DNA from: Deltaproteobacteria bacterium GWA2_38_16 | Lineage (GTDB): Bacteria > Bdellovibrionota > JACOXK01 > 2-02-FULL-40-11 | Length of the DNA: 64,000 nucleotides | Assembly: GCA_001797335.1 (NCBI GenBank) | Contig: MGPE01000006.1 | Coordinates: 65,314 to 129,313 of the forward strand | Direction: 5' to 3' | In this document: positions 17,120 through 26,247 of the stretch, piece after piece | Position numbering within the stretch: the first letter of the stretch is position 1 | Layout: each line of letters starts with the position of its first letter | Position numbers and translations under genes: made by a program | Notes under the pieces: generated by a model | What the model saw: the letters and a program-made list of their open reading frames with translations, nothing else | Told to the model about the DNA's origin: nothing | Databases searched by the model: none

Positions 17120-18481
17120 CTAAATATTTTTGAGAATTTCTCTCCATCGAAAAATCAAATAAAACGGAATAGAAAGAAGTCGATATTGTAACTTTGTGCC
17201 GGTTGGCAACGTTACCAGATGACTTTCAACTTTAAGCGCCGCTTGGTTATAAAAACGAACTCCAATAGTGTAAGAGCTCCTTGAAAGAAATTGGTGAAGC
17301 GATTTAAGCGAACCATGGCTACCTGATTTAACCTCGATGGGAATAAGTTCATTTTCAAAGGGAACCAAAAAATCAAGCTCTGAAGAACTCCCCTTTTCTT
17401 CACGAATCCAAAAAAATAATGTATTACGATTATAAAAATCACATGCCAATAATTCCTGCCCCACAAATGTTTCTAATAATCCCCCTTGATAAAAGGGATC
17501 AATAAGCTGCGCATGAATTTGCTTTTGAGCTATATGAAGAGATTCTGTACAAAGTCCTACATCAAGAAAAATTGCTTTTGGTGCTGCTTTTGGTTTTCTA
17601 ACCAGCGGAGGTTGTGTTTGTGTAGTTGGAAAAATTCTTTCTACAAGCATGGCCTCATGCAAAATATCAAATGCTCTTGAAATCTCTTTTGAACGAACTT
17701 CAGATCCTGCTAGTTTTGAATATGTAATCCTTTTCCCAATTTCAAAGGGAACTCGATCCCAAACCAATTTCAGGTGCTCAGTCTCTGCCCCCTTCGAATA
17801 TTTTGCGAAATCTTCTTTAAATGAGGAGACCAATATTTCATGGCATTGTTTCACAGTAATAAAACTTCCATTTTTTATATATTCATTGACAGCCTCCGGC
17901 ATCCCACCCACAACCATATAATCCGAAAGTAAGCCTACAAGCTTATCATGCACAGGTCGGGGCAAGGAGCTTCCAATCTTAAGCTCCATTAATGATTGAA
18001 GAAGAATCTCTTCACCATTCACTAATAAAAACTCGTCAAAAGTAAGTGGGTATAAATAAAGAAACTCTACTCTTCCCACAGGAAAGGACCAACCTTCACT
18101 TCTCATACGCACTTCCAAAAGTGAACCAGCACCAATCACATGAAGATTGGGTAATTCTTCATAAAAATAACGCAGTAATTTTATGGCAACTTCAGAATTT
18201 TGGATCTCATCCAGGAAGAGAAGGGTTTTTTTCGGAATAACCCTCTTATTTGAAACTCCTTCAATGCTTTTGACAACTTCTTTTATATCTTGAACCTCAG
18301 AAAATATTTTTCGGTTGGCGTCCTTTTCTAGATTTAACTCAATAAAATTTTCAAATTGACGCCCAAGATTTCTGACCAGTGTTGTCTTGCCTGTTTGTCT
18401 AGCCCCACGGAAGATAAGAGGTTTTCGAATTTCTTTGTTTTTCCACTTTTGTAGTTCTTGATCAGATTTTCTTACAAACAT
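17120..18481 (-). CDS. AAA+ ATPase of the DUF4143/COG1373 family
   Basis: Walker A FRGARQTGKTT, Walker B LLFLDEIQ, C-terminal DUF4143-like region. Confidence 0.7.
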   Translation of the reverse strand: MFVRKSDQELQKWKNKEIRKPLIFRGARQTGKTTLVRNLGRQFENFIELNLEKDANRKIFSEVQDIKEVVKSIEGVSNKRVIPKKTLLFLDEIQNSEVAIKLLRYFYEELPNLHVIGAGSLLEVRMRSEGWSFPVGRVEFLYLYPLTFDEFLLVNGEEILLQSLMELKIGSSLPRPVHDKLVGLLSDYMVVGGMPEAVNEYIKNGSFITVKQCHEILVSSFKEDFAKYSKGAETEHLKLVWDRVPFEIGKRITYSKLAGSEVRSKEISRAFDILHEAMLVERIFPTTQTQPPLVRKPKAAPKAIFLDVGLCTESLHIAQKQIHAQLIDPFYQGGLLETFVGQELLACDFYNRNTLFFWIREEKGSSSELDFLVPFENELIPIEVKSGSHGSLKSLHQFLSRSSYTIGVRFYNQAALKVESHLVTLPTGTKLQYRLLSIPFYLIFRWREILKNI

Positions 18482-18550
18482 AAGTAAATTATATCTAAAG
18501 AATAGGTTCTTTACAACATAAAAATATATAAAGAATAGGTTCTTTTAAGC

Positions 18551-18620
18551 GCCTATCCCCAAAATGTCAAAAAGAGTGAGAGGCCTGCTTTAAAATCTCA
18601 GGAAGAGGGGGAGCAATCAC
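18551..18620 (-). pseudogene. Deletion relic of the cNMP-M50 protease gene: first 17 codons fused to its last codons and 3' flank
   Basis: 18573-18620 matches the 5' end of the 15391-16758 gene (GTG ATT.. = V-I-A-P-P-L-P-E-I-L-K-Q-A-S-H-S-F then stop), read off the minus strand. 18551-18572 (gcctatccccaaaatgtcaaaa) matches that gene's terminal codons and 3' flank at 15390-15411. Confidence 0.6.
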
Positions 18621-18817
18621 ATACCTTTATTAATACGTGATTTTAATTCTTCATCAGAAAGAGTCCAATCGACATGACTTAACAAATCCCATTCTTCTTT
18701 GGTCAACTTAATCTCACTATTTTGAACTGCATTTTTAGGATCTTTTCGAATGAGTTCTCTAAATTTTTTGTCATTAATCCATTTATCGATCAATTTTCCT
18801 ACTTCTTGCATCCCCAT
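18617..18817 (-). CDS. 66-aa NHLP/Nif11-like leader-type peptide without a core (copy 2)
   Basis: 58 of 66 residues identical to copy 1. Termini are identical and differences cluster centrally and at the last residue (A vs M). Same GTGA overlap with the relic downstream. Confidence 0.5.
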   Translation of the reverse strand: MGMQEVGKLIDKWINDKKFRELIRKDPKNAVQNSEIKLTKEEWDLLSHVDWTLSDEELKSRINKGM

Positions 18818-18874
18818 AAAACATCTCTCCTTTTTCTAAACTACATTTAAAAAAGAGAATACCTAAAATGAGTT

Positions 18875-18897
18875 CTATCTTTCAATACATTTTTCGA
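18875..18897 (-). promoter_or_regulatory. Conserved upstream promoter-like motif (copy 2)
   Basis: tctatctttcaatacatttttcg, i.e. TTGAAA-N17-GTATTCT on the minus strand, identical in core to 17046-17066. Confidence 0.35.
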
Positions 18898-18932
18898 AGT
18901 TGTTGGACGAGTAGCGCAGTTACTGATGGCTT

Positions 18933-20384
18933 TTAAAAAACATGTGCCAAATCATTTAACCTAAATTGATGTTCCTGTCTTTCAAAATATGCTTTTAATT
19001 TCTCTTTCCACCCATCCATAAATGTATTGGCAGGCTCCTGAAATTGATTATTCAAAGAAAACTGAGGAGAAGAAAGTGCGTGTACCCATCGTTTTCCCTC
19101 GGAAGCAGCGTTAAATTCACCTAACTGGTCAGGCCTAAGCTTAGAAAGGTAATCCTGGTCTGACACCGTTATGTCCGGCTCTACTCCCTGTAACTGAATG
19201 GGAATTCCTTTTGGAGAAAATAAATACAGCGTTGATAATGTTAAATAAGACTTATTTATACTTTCTTCTGTATCATCAAAGGTCAGCTTAACCGTTCTTT
19301 GTGCGGTTCCTTTTCCAAAAGTTTTTTCTCCAATCACTATAGCCGAATGATTTTCCTTCATGGCTGCGGAAAACATTTCAGCCGAAGAAGCAGAATAACG
19401 ACTCACGAGCATCATAACGGGAATCTCTTCAATACGAGAAAGCTCATTTCCACTCCTAGCTTCCCGACGATAGTCCAACCAGCCATTTCCACTTTTTTCC
19501 CGCATTAAAAGCGTACCTCCCCTTTTTAAGAAAAGATCAGCCAACGCCGCTACCTGGAAAGCATCTCCCCCTGTACTTCTTCTTAAATCAATCACCAGTG
19601 CCAAAATCTTTTTTTCTTTTGAAAATTGCTGATACAGATCTTTAAATTGTTGTGCCGTGGAAGGAGAACTTCCACTGGCTTCTACAAATTTAATAATTTC
19701 AATATGAAGTACAGCCGTATCTGAAACCCAGCTAGCAACCATATTTTCCTCCGGCAGCATATAAAAAGGATTTCCAGAGGAAAAAAAGGTAACATTATCA
19801 TCTTGATCTCTTCTCAACATCCCACCCAATCCACTCTTCAAATATCCTTGCTCCAAACTCTCTAGAACAAAGGAATGAGGATCGAGACTAGTCACAAAAT
19901 ATCGAAAAATACCTTTAAAGAGTAAATCTTTTGACACTGAGAGTTCTTGAGCCGTGCTTTGAACTGCAGAACAAAATTGACTCATCTCGGAAAATTCAAA
20001 AAGAATATTTTCAGTTCTAAAATTTTGATACTGAATTTCATATGGAGGTATTTTATTCACACTTTCTATAAAATAAGGTGTTGGGATTCTCCCTTTTACC
20101 ATAATTTTTTGCATGGCCGATTTTAAAAGAGAAACCGTACGCGTAGAATCTAAGGCCACCACATGGTATTTTTGGACAAATTCAATAAGTTTTAACGTGC
20201 TCTCACACCCTGCATTTGGAAAAGATAAGGTAGTATTTTGAATAATATCCCCATCTTCTGAAGAGATGGAAGAAGATCCCTGTGGAGCACAGGAAAGTAT
20301 AAACACTAGCCCTGCAAATATCCCAATACTAAAAAGAAATCCCCTGATCCCCCTCATGACCCCTCTCATGTAGAGAGAAGGCAT
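18933..20384 (-). CDS. S41 family C-terminal processing peptidase (Ctp-like) lipoprotein
   Basis: VSRYSASSAEMFSAAMKE..IVIGEKTFGKGTAQ (S41 Ser/Lys dyad region). N-terminal lipoprotein signal (FILSCAPQG). Confidence 0.75.
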   Translation of the reverse strand: MPSLYMRGVMRGIRGFLFSIGIFAGLVFILSCAPQGSSSISSEDGDIIQNTTLSFPNAGCESTLKLIEFVQKYHVVALDSTRTVSLLKSAMQKIMVKGRIPTPYFIESVNKIPPYEIQYQNFRTENILFEFSEMSQFCSAVQSTAQELSVSKDLLFKGIFRYFVTSLDPHSFVLESLEQGYLKSGLGGMLRRDQDDNVTFFSSGNPFYMLPEENMVASWVSDTAVLHIEIIKFVEASGSSPSTAQQFKDLYQQFSKEKKILALVIDLRRSTGGDAFQVAALADLFLKRGGTLLMREKSGNGWLDYRREARSGNELSRIEEIPVMMLVSRYSASSAEMFSAAMKENHSAIVIGEKTFGKGTAQRTVKLTFDDTEESINKSYLTLSTLYLFSPKGIPIQLQGVEPDITVSDQDYLSKLRPDQLGEFNAASEGKRWVHALSSPQFSLNNQFQEPANTFMDGWKEKLKAYFERQEHQFRLNDLAHVF

Positions 20385-20464
20385 TTTGCAAGATCGATAC
20401 CATAAAAATATACAATGATTTCAGCTAGTTAAATAAAAAATGGGTGTTAATTGAATAAACAGGG

Positions 20465-22333
20465 TCAATATTTTATACAGAGCGTCCCTTGTTGATCCGT
20501 CCTCCAAAGCGGGATATGAAGACGTTCATATCGCTTCAAAACTTGAGCATGGGGGAAATGATAACGATTGCGATATCCCAGGCTCATCACGGCTAATGTT
20601 GGGGACACCGCTTTTAAAAAGGCATAAGAACTCGATGTTTTTGAACCATGGTGAGGCACTTTTAAAACCGTACTTTTAAGATCCTGCTCCAAAAGTTTTT
20701 CTTCAATGGATTTCTCAATATCTCCCGTAAATAATACGGAAACTGTTTGATGTGTTATTTTTAAAACCAATGCCCGATTATTTGAAGACACCCTTTCAAA
20801 AGGAGTGGTTGGATTTAAAAACCTAATTTCTGCTCCATTGATAATCAGAGATTTTGTATTTTGAGATAATAGATAACACGGGATTTGTTTTTGTTCTGCT
20901 ACCGATAAAATTTCATAAAACATCTGGGTATGGCTTTCCCATTGAGAAAGCCAAATTTCTCCCACCCAAAAATGTTCTAAAATAAATTTAAATCCTTCGA
21001 TGTGATCAAAATCAGAATGCGATAGCACCAAATAATCAATATGACGAATTCCTTGCTTCCATAAAAAAGGGGCTACCATTTTTTCTCCCGGATCAAAAGC
21101 TCCCCAAATACCCCCGGCATCGATGAGCATGGTTTTCCCTCGGGGAAACTCAATCACACTGCTATCCCCTTGGCCCACATCTAAAAAAGAAATTCTTAAA
21201 TGGGGGTCATGACGTCTCATGAAATCTTTCCCAAAACCATACACATTTAACATCAAAAGCATAATTAAAAAATTTAGAAATGCTTTTTGGTATGCCTTTT
21301 GACAAACAAAATAAAAAATAAAAAATAAAAACCCATAATATAAAAAAATTTGAAAAAAATTAGGCCAAGAAACATAAACACTACTCCACGAAAAAGAACC
21401 AAATACATGCGCTGCCCACATAAAAAGATTGGCTAAATAATAAAAAGGGATCATGAAAAATCCTGCTAACGGTTCCCATATAAAATAGGCCCCGGTAATT
21501 ATAAATGAGGCTGGAAGCAAAATAAAACTTACGTATGGAACCACGACCATATTGCTGATCAAAGAAATAAGAGACAAACGATGGAAATGATAAGCAATAA
21601 TAGGAGCCGTCATGACCATGGCTGCCAACGGAGATAAGACGAAAAAAAATTTCATACTTCGAGTTGGGAAAAGCACTGTTAATCCCATGAGTCCAACGAT
21701 GGCCGCAAAAGAAAGCTGAAAAGAGGGGTCTTTTAGAGAAGAAGGTATGAAATTCAAAATCAACGCCAATGCCCAACAGATGCTATACACACCGTTTTTG
21801 GGCCGGGAAGCAAAAAGTGCCATTAAAAAACAACCCGCCATAATGCTGGCCCGAAGAATGGGGATGGCAGCACCTGAAAAAAAGTAAAAAACAAAGATAA
21901 GACATCCTAAAAAACCAATAAGAATCTTTTGAATATTAAAATAGAGGAGCATAAATTCAAAACGCAAAAAAATAATATAAAAAAGCCACGTCACACACAA
22001 AAGTAAAAGCCCCACATTTTGTCCGGAAATTACGAGCACGTGAATGAGGCCCGATCGAATAAACTCTTGATATTCTTTTTTTGAAATTCCTTCTTTACTT
22101 CCTAAAATGAGTGCCTTTAAAACTCCCCCTCTGGGGAAATGTTCCAAAAAAATAGAAAACTTTTCTCTTTGTTCTTGAAGGACGGATTTTTTCCCTGCGG
22201 ACGGAAAACCGACCGGCGTTTCCCATAACATCCCTCGGAAAACACCTATCACAATCAATAGCCATAAGAATAAAACCCTCTTGGGCATGATACGCTTCAT
22301 CATTTTCCCTCTTCTTTGCAAAGACAATGCCAA
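20465..22333 (-). CDS. comEC: ComEC/Rec2 DNA-uptake channel with C-terminal metallo-beta-lactamase domain
   Basis: Polytopic competence-domain region, then ISFLDVGQGDSSVIEFPRGKTMLIDAGG, DYLVLSHSDFDHIEG, VPHHGSKTSSS. Confidence 0.8.
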   Translation of the reverse strand: MALSLQRRGKMMKRIMPKRVLFLWLLIVIGVFRGMLWETPVGFPSAGKKSVLQEQREKFSIFLEHFPRGGVLKALILGSKEGISKKEYQEFIRSGLIHVLVISGQNVGLLLLCVTWLFYIIFLRFEFMLLYFNIQKILIGFLGCLIFVFYFFSGAAIPILRASIMAGCFLMALFASRPKNGVYSICWALALILNFIPSSLKDPSFQLSFAAIVGLMGLTVLFPTRSMKFFFVLSPLAAMVMTAPIIAYHFHRLSLISLISNMVVVPYVSFILLPASFIITGAYFIWEPLAGFFMIPFYYLANLFMWAAHVFGSFSWSSVYVSWPNFFQIFLYYGFLFFIFYFVCQKAYQKAFLNFLIMLLMLNVYGFGKDFMRRHDPHLRISFLDVGQGDSSVIEFPRGKTMLIDAGGIWGAFDPGEKMVAPFLWKQGIRHIDYLVLSHSDFDHIEGFKFILEHFWVGEIWLSQWESHTQMFYEILSVAEQKQIPCYLLSQNTKSLIINGAEIRFLNPTTPFERVSSNNRALVLKITHQTVSVLFTGDIEKSIEEKLLEQDLKSTVLKVPHHGSKTSSSYAFLKAVSPTLAVMSLGYRNRYHFPHAQVLKRYERLHIPLWRTDQQGTLCIKY

Positions 22334-22354
22334 GTATGGTAATTTGAAGACTTC

Positions 22355-22894
22355 ATGCTCACAGACACAGATAAAACTTTTTTATTACAGCTGTCCCGAA
22401 GAACGTTGAAAGAGTATTTAGAAACCCGCCAATTTAAAATTGAAAAAGATATTCCTTCTTCTCTCAAACAAAAAACAGGGGTTTTTATTACACTTTACGA
22501 TAACACTCAACAAAGAGGCGAAAGTGGGAAAATGATTCCCAATCAATTTTTATGTGAATTAGTACAGTCACTGGTGGTGCAAGCAGCCGTGGGAGATCCC
22601 CTCTTCCCCCCGCTTCATCAAGAAGAGCTTCCTAGAATCCGAATAGAAATTTCTGTTTTATCTATATTTAGAAAAATGAAAACGATTGAAGATCTGGATA
22701 TTGGCCATCATGGAATTTCAATCACACTTTTAGATCATCAAGGGTTTTTATTACCGAAAGTAGCCATTGGGAACCACTGGGATAAACTCACCTTCTTAGC
22801 CCAGGTCTGCCAAAAAGCAGGACTTTCCTCTCATGCGTGGCGTGATCCTCGCGCACAAGTAGGCATCTGCATCGTTGATACGTTTTCTGAATAA
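22355..22894 (+). CDS. AMMECR1-domain protein (possibly non-canonical active site)
   Basis: ..GVFITLYDN..RIEISVLS..DLDIGHHGISITLLDHQGFLLPKVAIGNHWDKLTFLAQVCQKAGL fits the AMMECR1 fold pattern. The usual LRGCIG Cys is not evident. Confidence 0.45.
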   Translation: MLTDTDKTFLLQLSRRTLKEYLETRQFKIEKDIPSSLKQKTGVFITLYDNTQQRGESGKMIPNQFLCELVQSLVVQAAVGDPLFPPLHQEELPRIRIEISVLSIFRKMKTIEDLDIGHHGISITLLDHQGFLLPKVAIGNHWDKLTFLAQVCQKAGLSSHAWRDPRAQVGICIVDTFSE

Positions 22895-23833
22895 TTATAA
22901 AATTCCGAATCGAATCCCTAAGAGGATAGACAACCGACTTTCATCTTCAAAATTTCCCCAAAGCTCTCCGCTGTCCTGATTATCGACCTGGGTTCTATAG
23001 AGAAGTACTCTAGAATGTCCTCGGATACTGATATTATTATCTAGAGGAATTGAAAATCCTGGCACCGCATGCACAGCCAAAGCACTGCCGGTTGCAGGAA
23101 TAGAAATTTTATTAATAATGGTTTCCGAAGGCATCACATAAGATCCTTGAAATCTTAAAACAGGAGTAAGTTTAGGCGTAATGCTATAGGCTGCTCCAAA
23201 AGAAGCCGAAAACTCATCTCCATAATCCTTCTCTTCTTTCTGATATACCGAAGAAAATTTCGTAATATAAGAAAAAGATCCCAGGGCAAAAAGCGGAAGC
23301 TTTGAAAATCGATAGCTATTAGAAAGCCCTACAGATAAATCTGTGTGATTATAAAACCGATTTCTCGAAGGGACCGTTCCAAAAATGGTAGGAAGATAGG
23401 CCTGACTATTCCACGAAATTTCACCCAGCATCGTCTCTCGGAATAATTTTCCTTCTACCCCTACTTTCACCCGATCTGTTACAAAATTGGTAACAGATTG
23501 AGAAGGATTAGCCCCAAGAGCACTATAATTTCCTTCGGTATAAAAAAATCCAAAAGGGAAATTTGCTGTAAAATATGCAATTTCCGAAAAAATATATTTG
23601 GCTCCCACATGCACTTTTCCAAACATGGAAGAAGAAGAAATGCCGGGAGTATCTAATTGATTAATTCCACTCACCCATTGAAAGTCTGTGGTCACACTTA
23701 AAAGTTTTGGGGATGTCTTCTTTAATACATGAACTGTTTCAGTTTTTTCCTCAGCAAAAGCAAAGAAAGCACTGAAAACCAATACGAATAGGAATAAATA
23801 TAGCTTCTTCATCATATACAATCCTCCACACAT
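22895..23833 (-). CDS. Predicted outer-membrane beta-barrel protein, function unknown
   Basis: Signal peptide (..AFFAFAEE), amphipathic beta-strand periodicity, C-terminal ..LGIRFGIL. Confidence 0.45.
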   Translation of the reverse strand: MCGGLYMMKKLYLFLFVLVFSAFFAFAEEKTETVHVLKKTSPKLLSVTTDFQWVSGINQLDTPGISSSSMFGKVHVGAKYIFSEIAYFTANFPFGFFYTEGNYSALGANPSQSVTNFVTDRVKVGVEGKLFRETMLGEISWNSQAYLPTIFGTVPSRNRFYNHTDLSVGLSNSYRFSKLPLFALGSFSYITKFSSVYQKEEKDYGDEFSASFGAAYSITPKLTPVLRFQGSYVMPSETIINKISIPATGSALAVHAVPGFSIPLDNNISIRGHSRVLLYRTQVDNQDSGELWGNFEDESRLSILLGIRFGIL

Positions 23834-24115
23834 TGTATTAGAGCAAGCACCATGCCATTTACTTAACTCCTTGATTTTATTTAAAAATGATAAATTCCAA
23901 GAACCCCAAAAGGTGTTGATCCCCTAAACACCTGACTAAATCTATCCCGATTTGGTACTTTTCAAGAAAATTACAAGAGCCTTAAAACTCGCTTTGCTTC
24001 AATGATAAACCCCCCTTACAAGAGCCTTAAGGGTTTAATTTTGGCTATTTCTTAATTAAAGAAAACATTTGAAAAAATAAACTAAGAGTATCATAGTTTC
24101 CATAGATAATAACCA

Positions 24116-24916
24116 ATGCTTTCAAAATTATTCAGACGTTTAGTGGAGTTTCTAATCAAGATTTATCGTCGAAAGACAAAAGACAATCCTAGTCCTACTC
24201 CTACGCCAAATCCAAAACCGCCGGTAGATCCTAAGCCTGTTCATCCTTGGCGCATATGTCCTTTAGGAGAGTATTGGCGCAATTTACATCCCAGGCATGT
24301 TACTCCAAGCAAAAAACATCCCGATGGAATTACAACTGTCAAAGGGCATTGCGTTACTAATCCGTCTGGAAAAGATCAACTTTACTCAGAAGAAATGCAA
24401 TTAATTGCTGAAAAAAATTTTGGCCAGTTTAAATTAATACCATTACCTGAAATTCCAGAGTTTCAAAAAAAAGATCTAGTTTATGACCATATTATTCAAG
24501 GTTGGACTCAATACTGGAATGACGTTCTAAAACCTCAGGAACCATTGGATCCTTGCCTTGTTAAAGCTTTAATAGCAACAGAATCTGGCTTTAATTCCAA
24601 TGCCTGGAATAAAAAACATGGCCGCCAAAGAGCAAGAGGATTAACGCAAGTAACAGACCAAACTCTTCGTTATCTTTCTGATGATTACCATGAGCTTAAA
24701 GATCATTTTCTACATCTGAAAGAGGATGAAACATTAGACCCAAATTTTTCAATTTGCGCTGGCATCAGATGGTTATTTCGGAAAAAGGAAATTGCGAATT
24801 CTAAAATAGGCAGAAAAGCCTCTTGGATTGATGCTGTGGGTGAGTATAAACATTACAAAATGGATGACCCGAACATGCAAAAATTTATCGAAATTTATAA
24901 GGAATTAAAAATATAA
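24116..24916 (+). CDS. Lytic transglycosylase (SLT domain) with Pro-rich N-terminal region and no obvious signal peptide
   Basis: ALIATESGFNSNAWNKKHGRQRARGLTQVT matches the SLT catalytic block (E-S-G-F-N-P..A-R-G-L-M-Q). PSPTPTPNPKPPVDPKP low-complexity linker. Confidence 0.6.
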   Translation: MLSKLFRRLVEFLIKIYRRKTKDNPSPTPTPNPKPPVDPKPVHPWRICPLGEYWRNLHPRHVTPSKKHPDGITTVKGHCVTNPSGKDQLYSEEMQLIAEKNFGQFKLIPLPEIPEFQKKDLVYDHIIQGWTQYWNDVLKPQEPLDPCLVKALIATESGFNSNAWNKKHGRQRARGLTQVTDQTLRYLSDDYHELKDHFLHLKEDETLDPNFSICAGIRWLFRKKEIANSKIGRKASWIDAVGEYKHYKMDDPNMQKFIEIYKELKI

Positions 24917-25485
24917 TGAAACTTCAAAAGTTTCTCATCTTGGCTGTTGTGCTGTGCGCTTTTCTAAATTTATCTATGGAATGGGATTATGGCTATGGAA
25001 TTCTAACCAGCAGTGATTTTGACACACAGAGAAATCAGGATCGCCATGCATTGTCGGCCGCCCTAGACGATCCAGATTATTGGGAGTCTTATAACCTCTG
25101 GCAGTGTTTTCCAAAAGAAGAAATCGAGATTAACTGTATTAAAGTTTGTTATAAAGATAAATGCATTGCCAATGAAGATTGGAGCGACTCTCTAACATTT
25201 TTAGCACAGCCTTCTGATGGAGCTCTTTATGAATTTTCTTTTGATGATGATCATGAAAGATCTTGTAACCAAACAATGGAAATATGGTGGCCCCTTCTCA
25301 ATGGGCAACAAGCAGTGTGTTTGTACGCTGCATATCTACAAGACTTTGATGTTTCTTCAGAAGAAAATATTAAACGACACAGCTATTGGGTTATAGATCG
25401 CTTTAAAACGTTAGCGGGGCAGTACTCTTCTTCAGATTACGCATCACCAGAAATTCAATCTGATTATGATGATGAGCAACATTAA
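24916..25485 (+). CDS. Secreted Cys-containing hypothetical protein, start overlapping the transglycosylase stop
   Basis: Signal peptide MKLQKFLILAVVLCAFLNLS. No recognisable domain. Confidence 0.4.
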   Translation: MKLQKFLILAVVLCAFLNLSMEWDYGYGILTSSDFDTQRNQDRHALSAALDDPDYWESYNLWQCFPKEEIEINCIKVCYKDKCIANEDWSDSLTFLAQPSDGALYEFSFDDDHERSCNQTMEIWWPLLNGQQAVCLYAAYLQDFDVSSEENIKRHSYWVIDRFKTLAGQYSSSDYASPEIQSDYDDEQH

Positions 25486-25526
25486 ATGCACAAAGCCATA
25501 AAACTCGCCCTGCAAAGTTAATTTTT

Positions 25527-25781
25527 TTATTCATTCCCTGATTTACGCTTTTTTTGAATGGCCTCAACCAAAAGTTGTCGAATAATCGCAGCCCTAGAAT
25601 TTGCCTGAAGCTTAGAAAGCATATCAATTTCTAGCGCCAACCACGCAGGGATAGTAATAGGGGGAAGCTTTACAATCTTACTCAGCCCTTCGGTTACAAT
25701 CCCTTGTTCAAAATTTATAGAAGCCTCCCCTTTATCAAAAGCCTCATCAAATACCTCTATCTTTTGCTTGTTTTTCTTCAT
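25527..25781 (-). CDS. brnA: BrnA-like antitoxin (ribbon-helix-helix). Start at the internal ATG at 25779-25781 is likelier than the track's TTG at 25829.
   Basis: ..IPAWLALEIDMLSKLQANSRAAIIRQLLVEA is an RHH motif. It lies immediately downstream of brnT and overlaps it. Confidence 0.55.
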   Translation of the reverse strand: MKKNKQKIEVFDEAFDKGEASINFEQGIVTEGLSKIVKLPPITIPAWLALEIDMLSKLQANSRAAIIRQLLVEAIQKKRKSGNE

Positions 25782-26019
25782 TTTTTCGCGCCCTCCTGAC
25801 TGAGATAATTCTAAATTTTCCTTCCACAACCGTAAAAATTCCTACGTAATATTTATCCTTAAATTTACCAATAACTGCATGCCTTCTCTCTTCTTTGTCA
25901 TAGGCCACATCAACGGCTAAAATATTTTTTCTTTCAAATATATAATCCCTTGCTTCTTCAAATGAAATTCCGTGCTGTTTTTTATTCGCTTCATTTTTAT
26001 AAGGATCCCATATGTACAC
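25747..26019 (-). CDS. brnT: BrnT-family (DUF497) ribonuclease toxin
   Basis: ..WDPYKNEANKKQHGISFEEA..ERRHAVIGKF..RIISVRRARKNE matches the BrnT pattern (W-D..K...N..KHG..F.EA...R.ISARKA). GTG start. Confidence 0.65.
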   Translation of the reverse strand: MYIWDPYKNEANKKQHGISFEEARDYIFERKNILAVDVAYDKEERRHAVIGKFKDKYYVGIFTVVEGKFRIISVRRARKNEEKQAKDRGI

Positions 26020-26247
26020 AATTAAATATTAATATGATATCATATATATGTCAATATTATATTAATTTGATACAAATAACTTTTACCCTCGTAATCCAGA
26101 AATGACAAAAAAATAAACACATCACCCTATGCGCCTATTTATAAAAAATATAATAATTTCAAACAGATATCTTCTCATAAATTCAACTTTGTTCATTTAT
26201 TATACAGTCAAAAATCACTCATTAAAAAATAAGAAATTCTTAAACCC

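Noticed and set aside
22334-22354. 21-bp divergent gap between comEC and the AMMECR1-like gene
   Set aside because: Too short to hold two promoters. More likely one of the two start codons is over-extended by the ORF caller, so it is not a regulatory curiosity.
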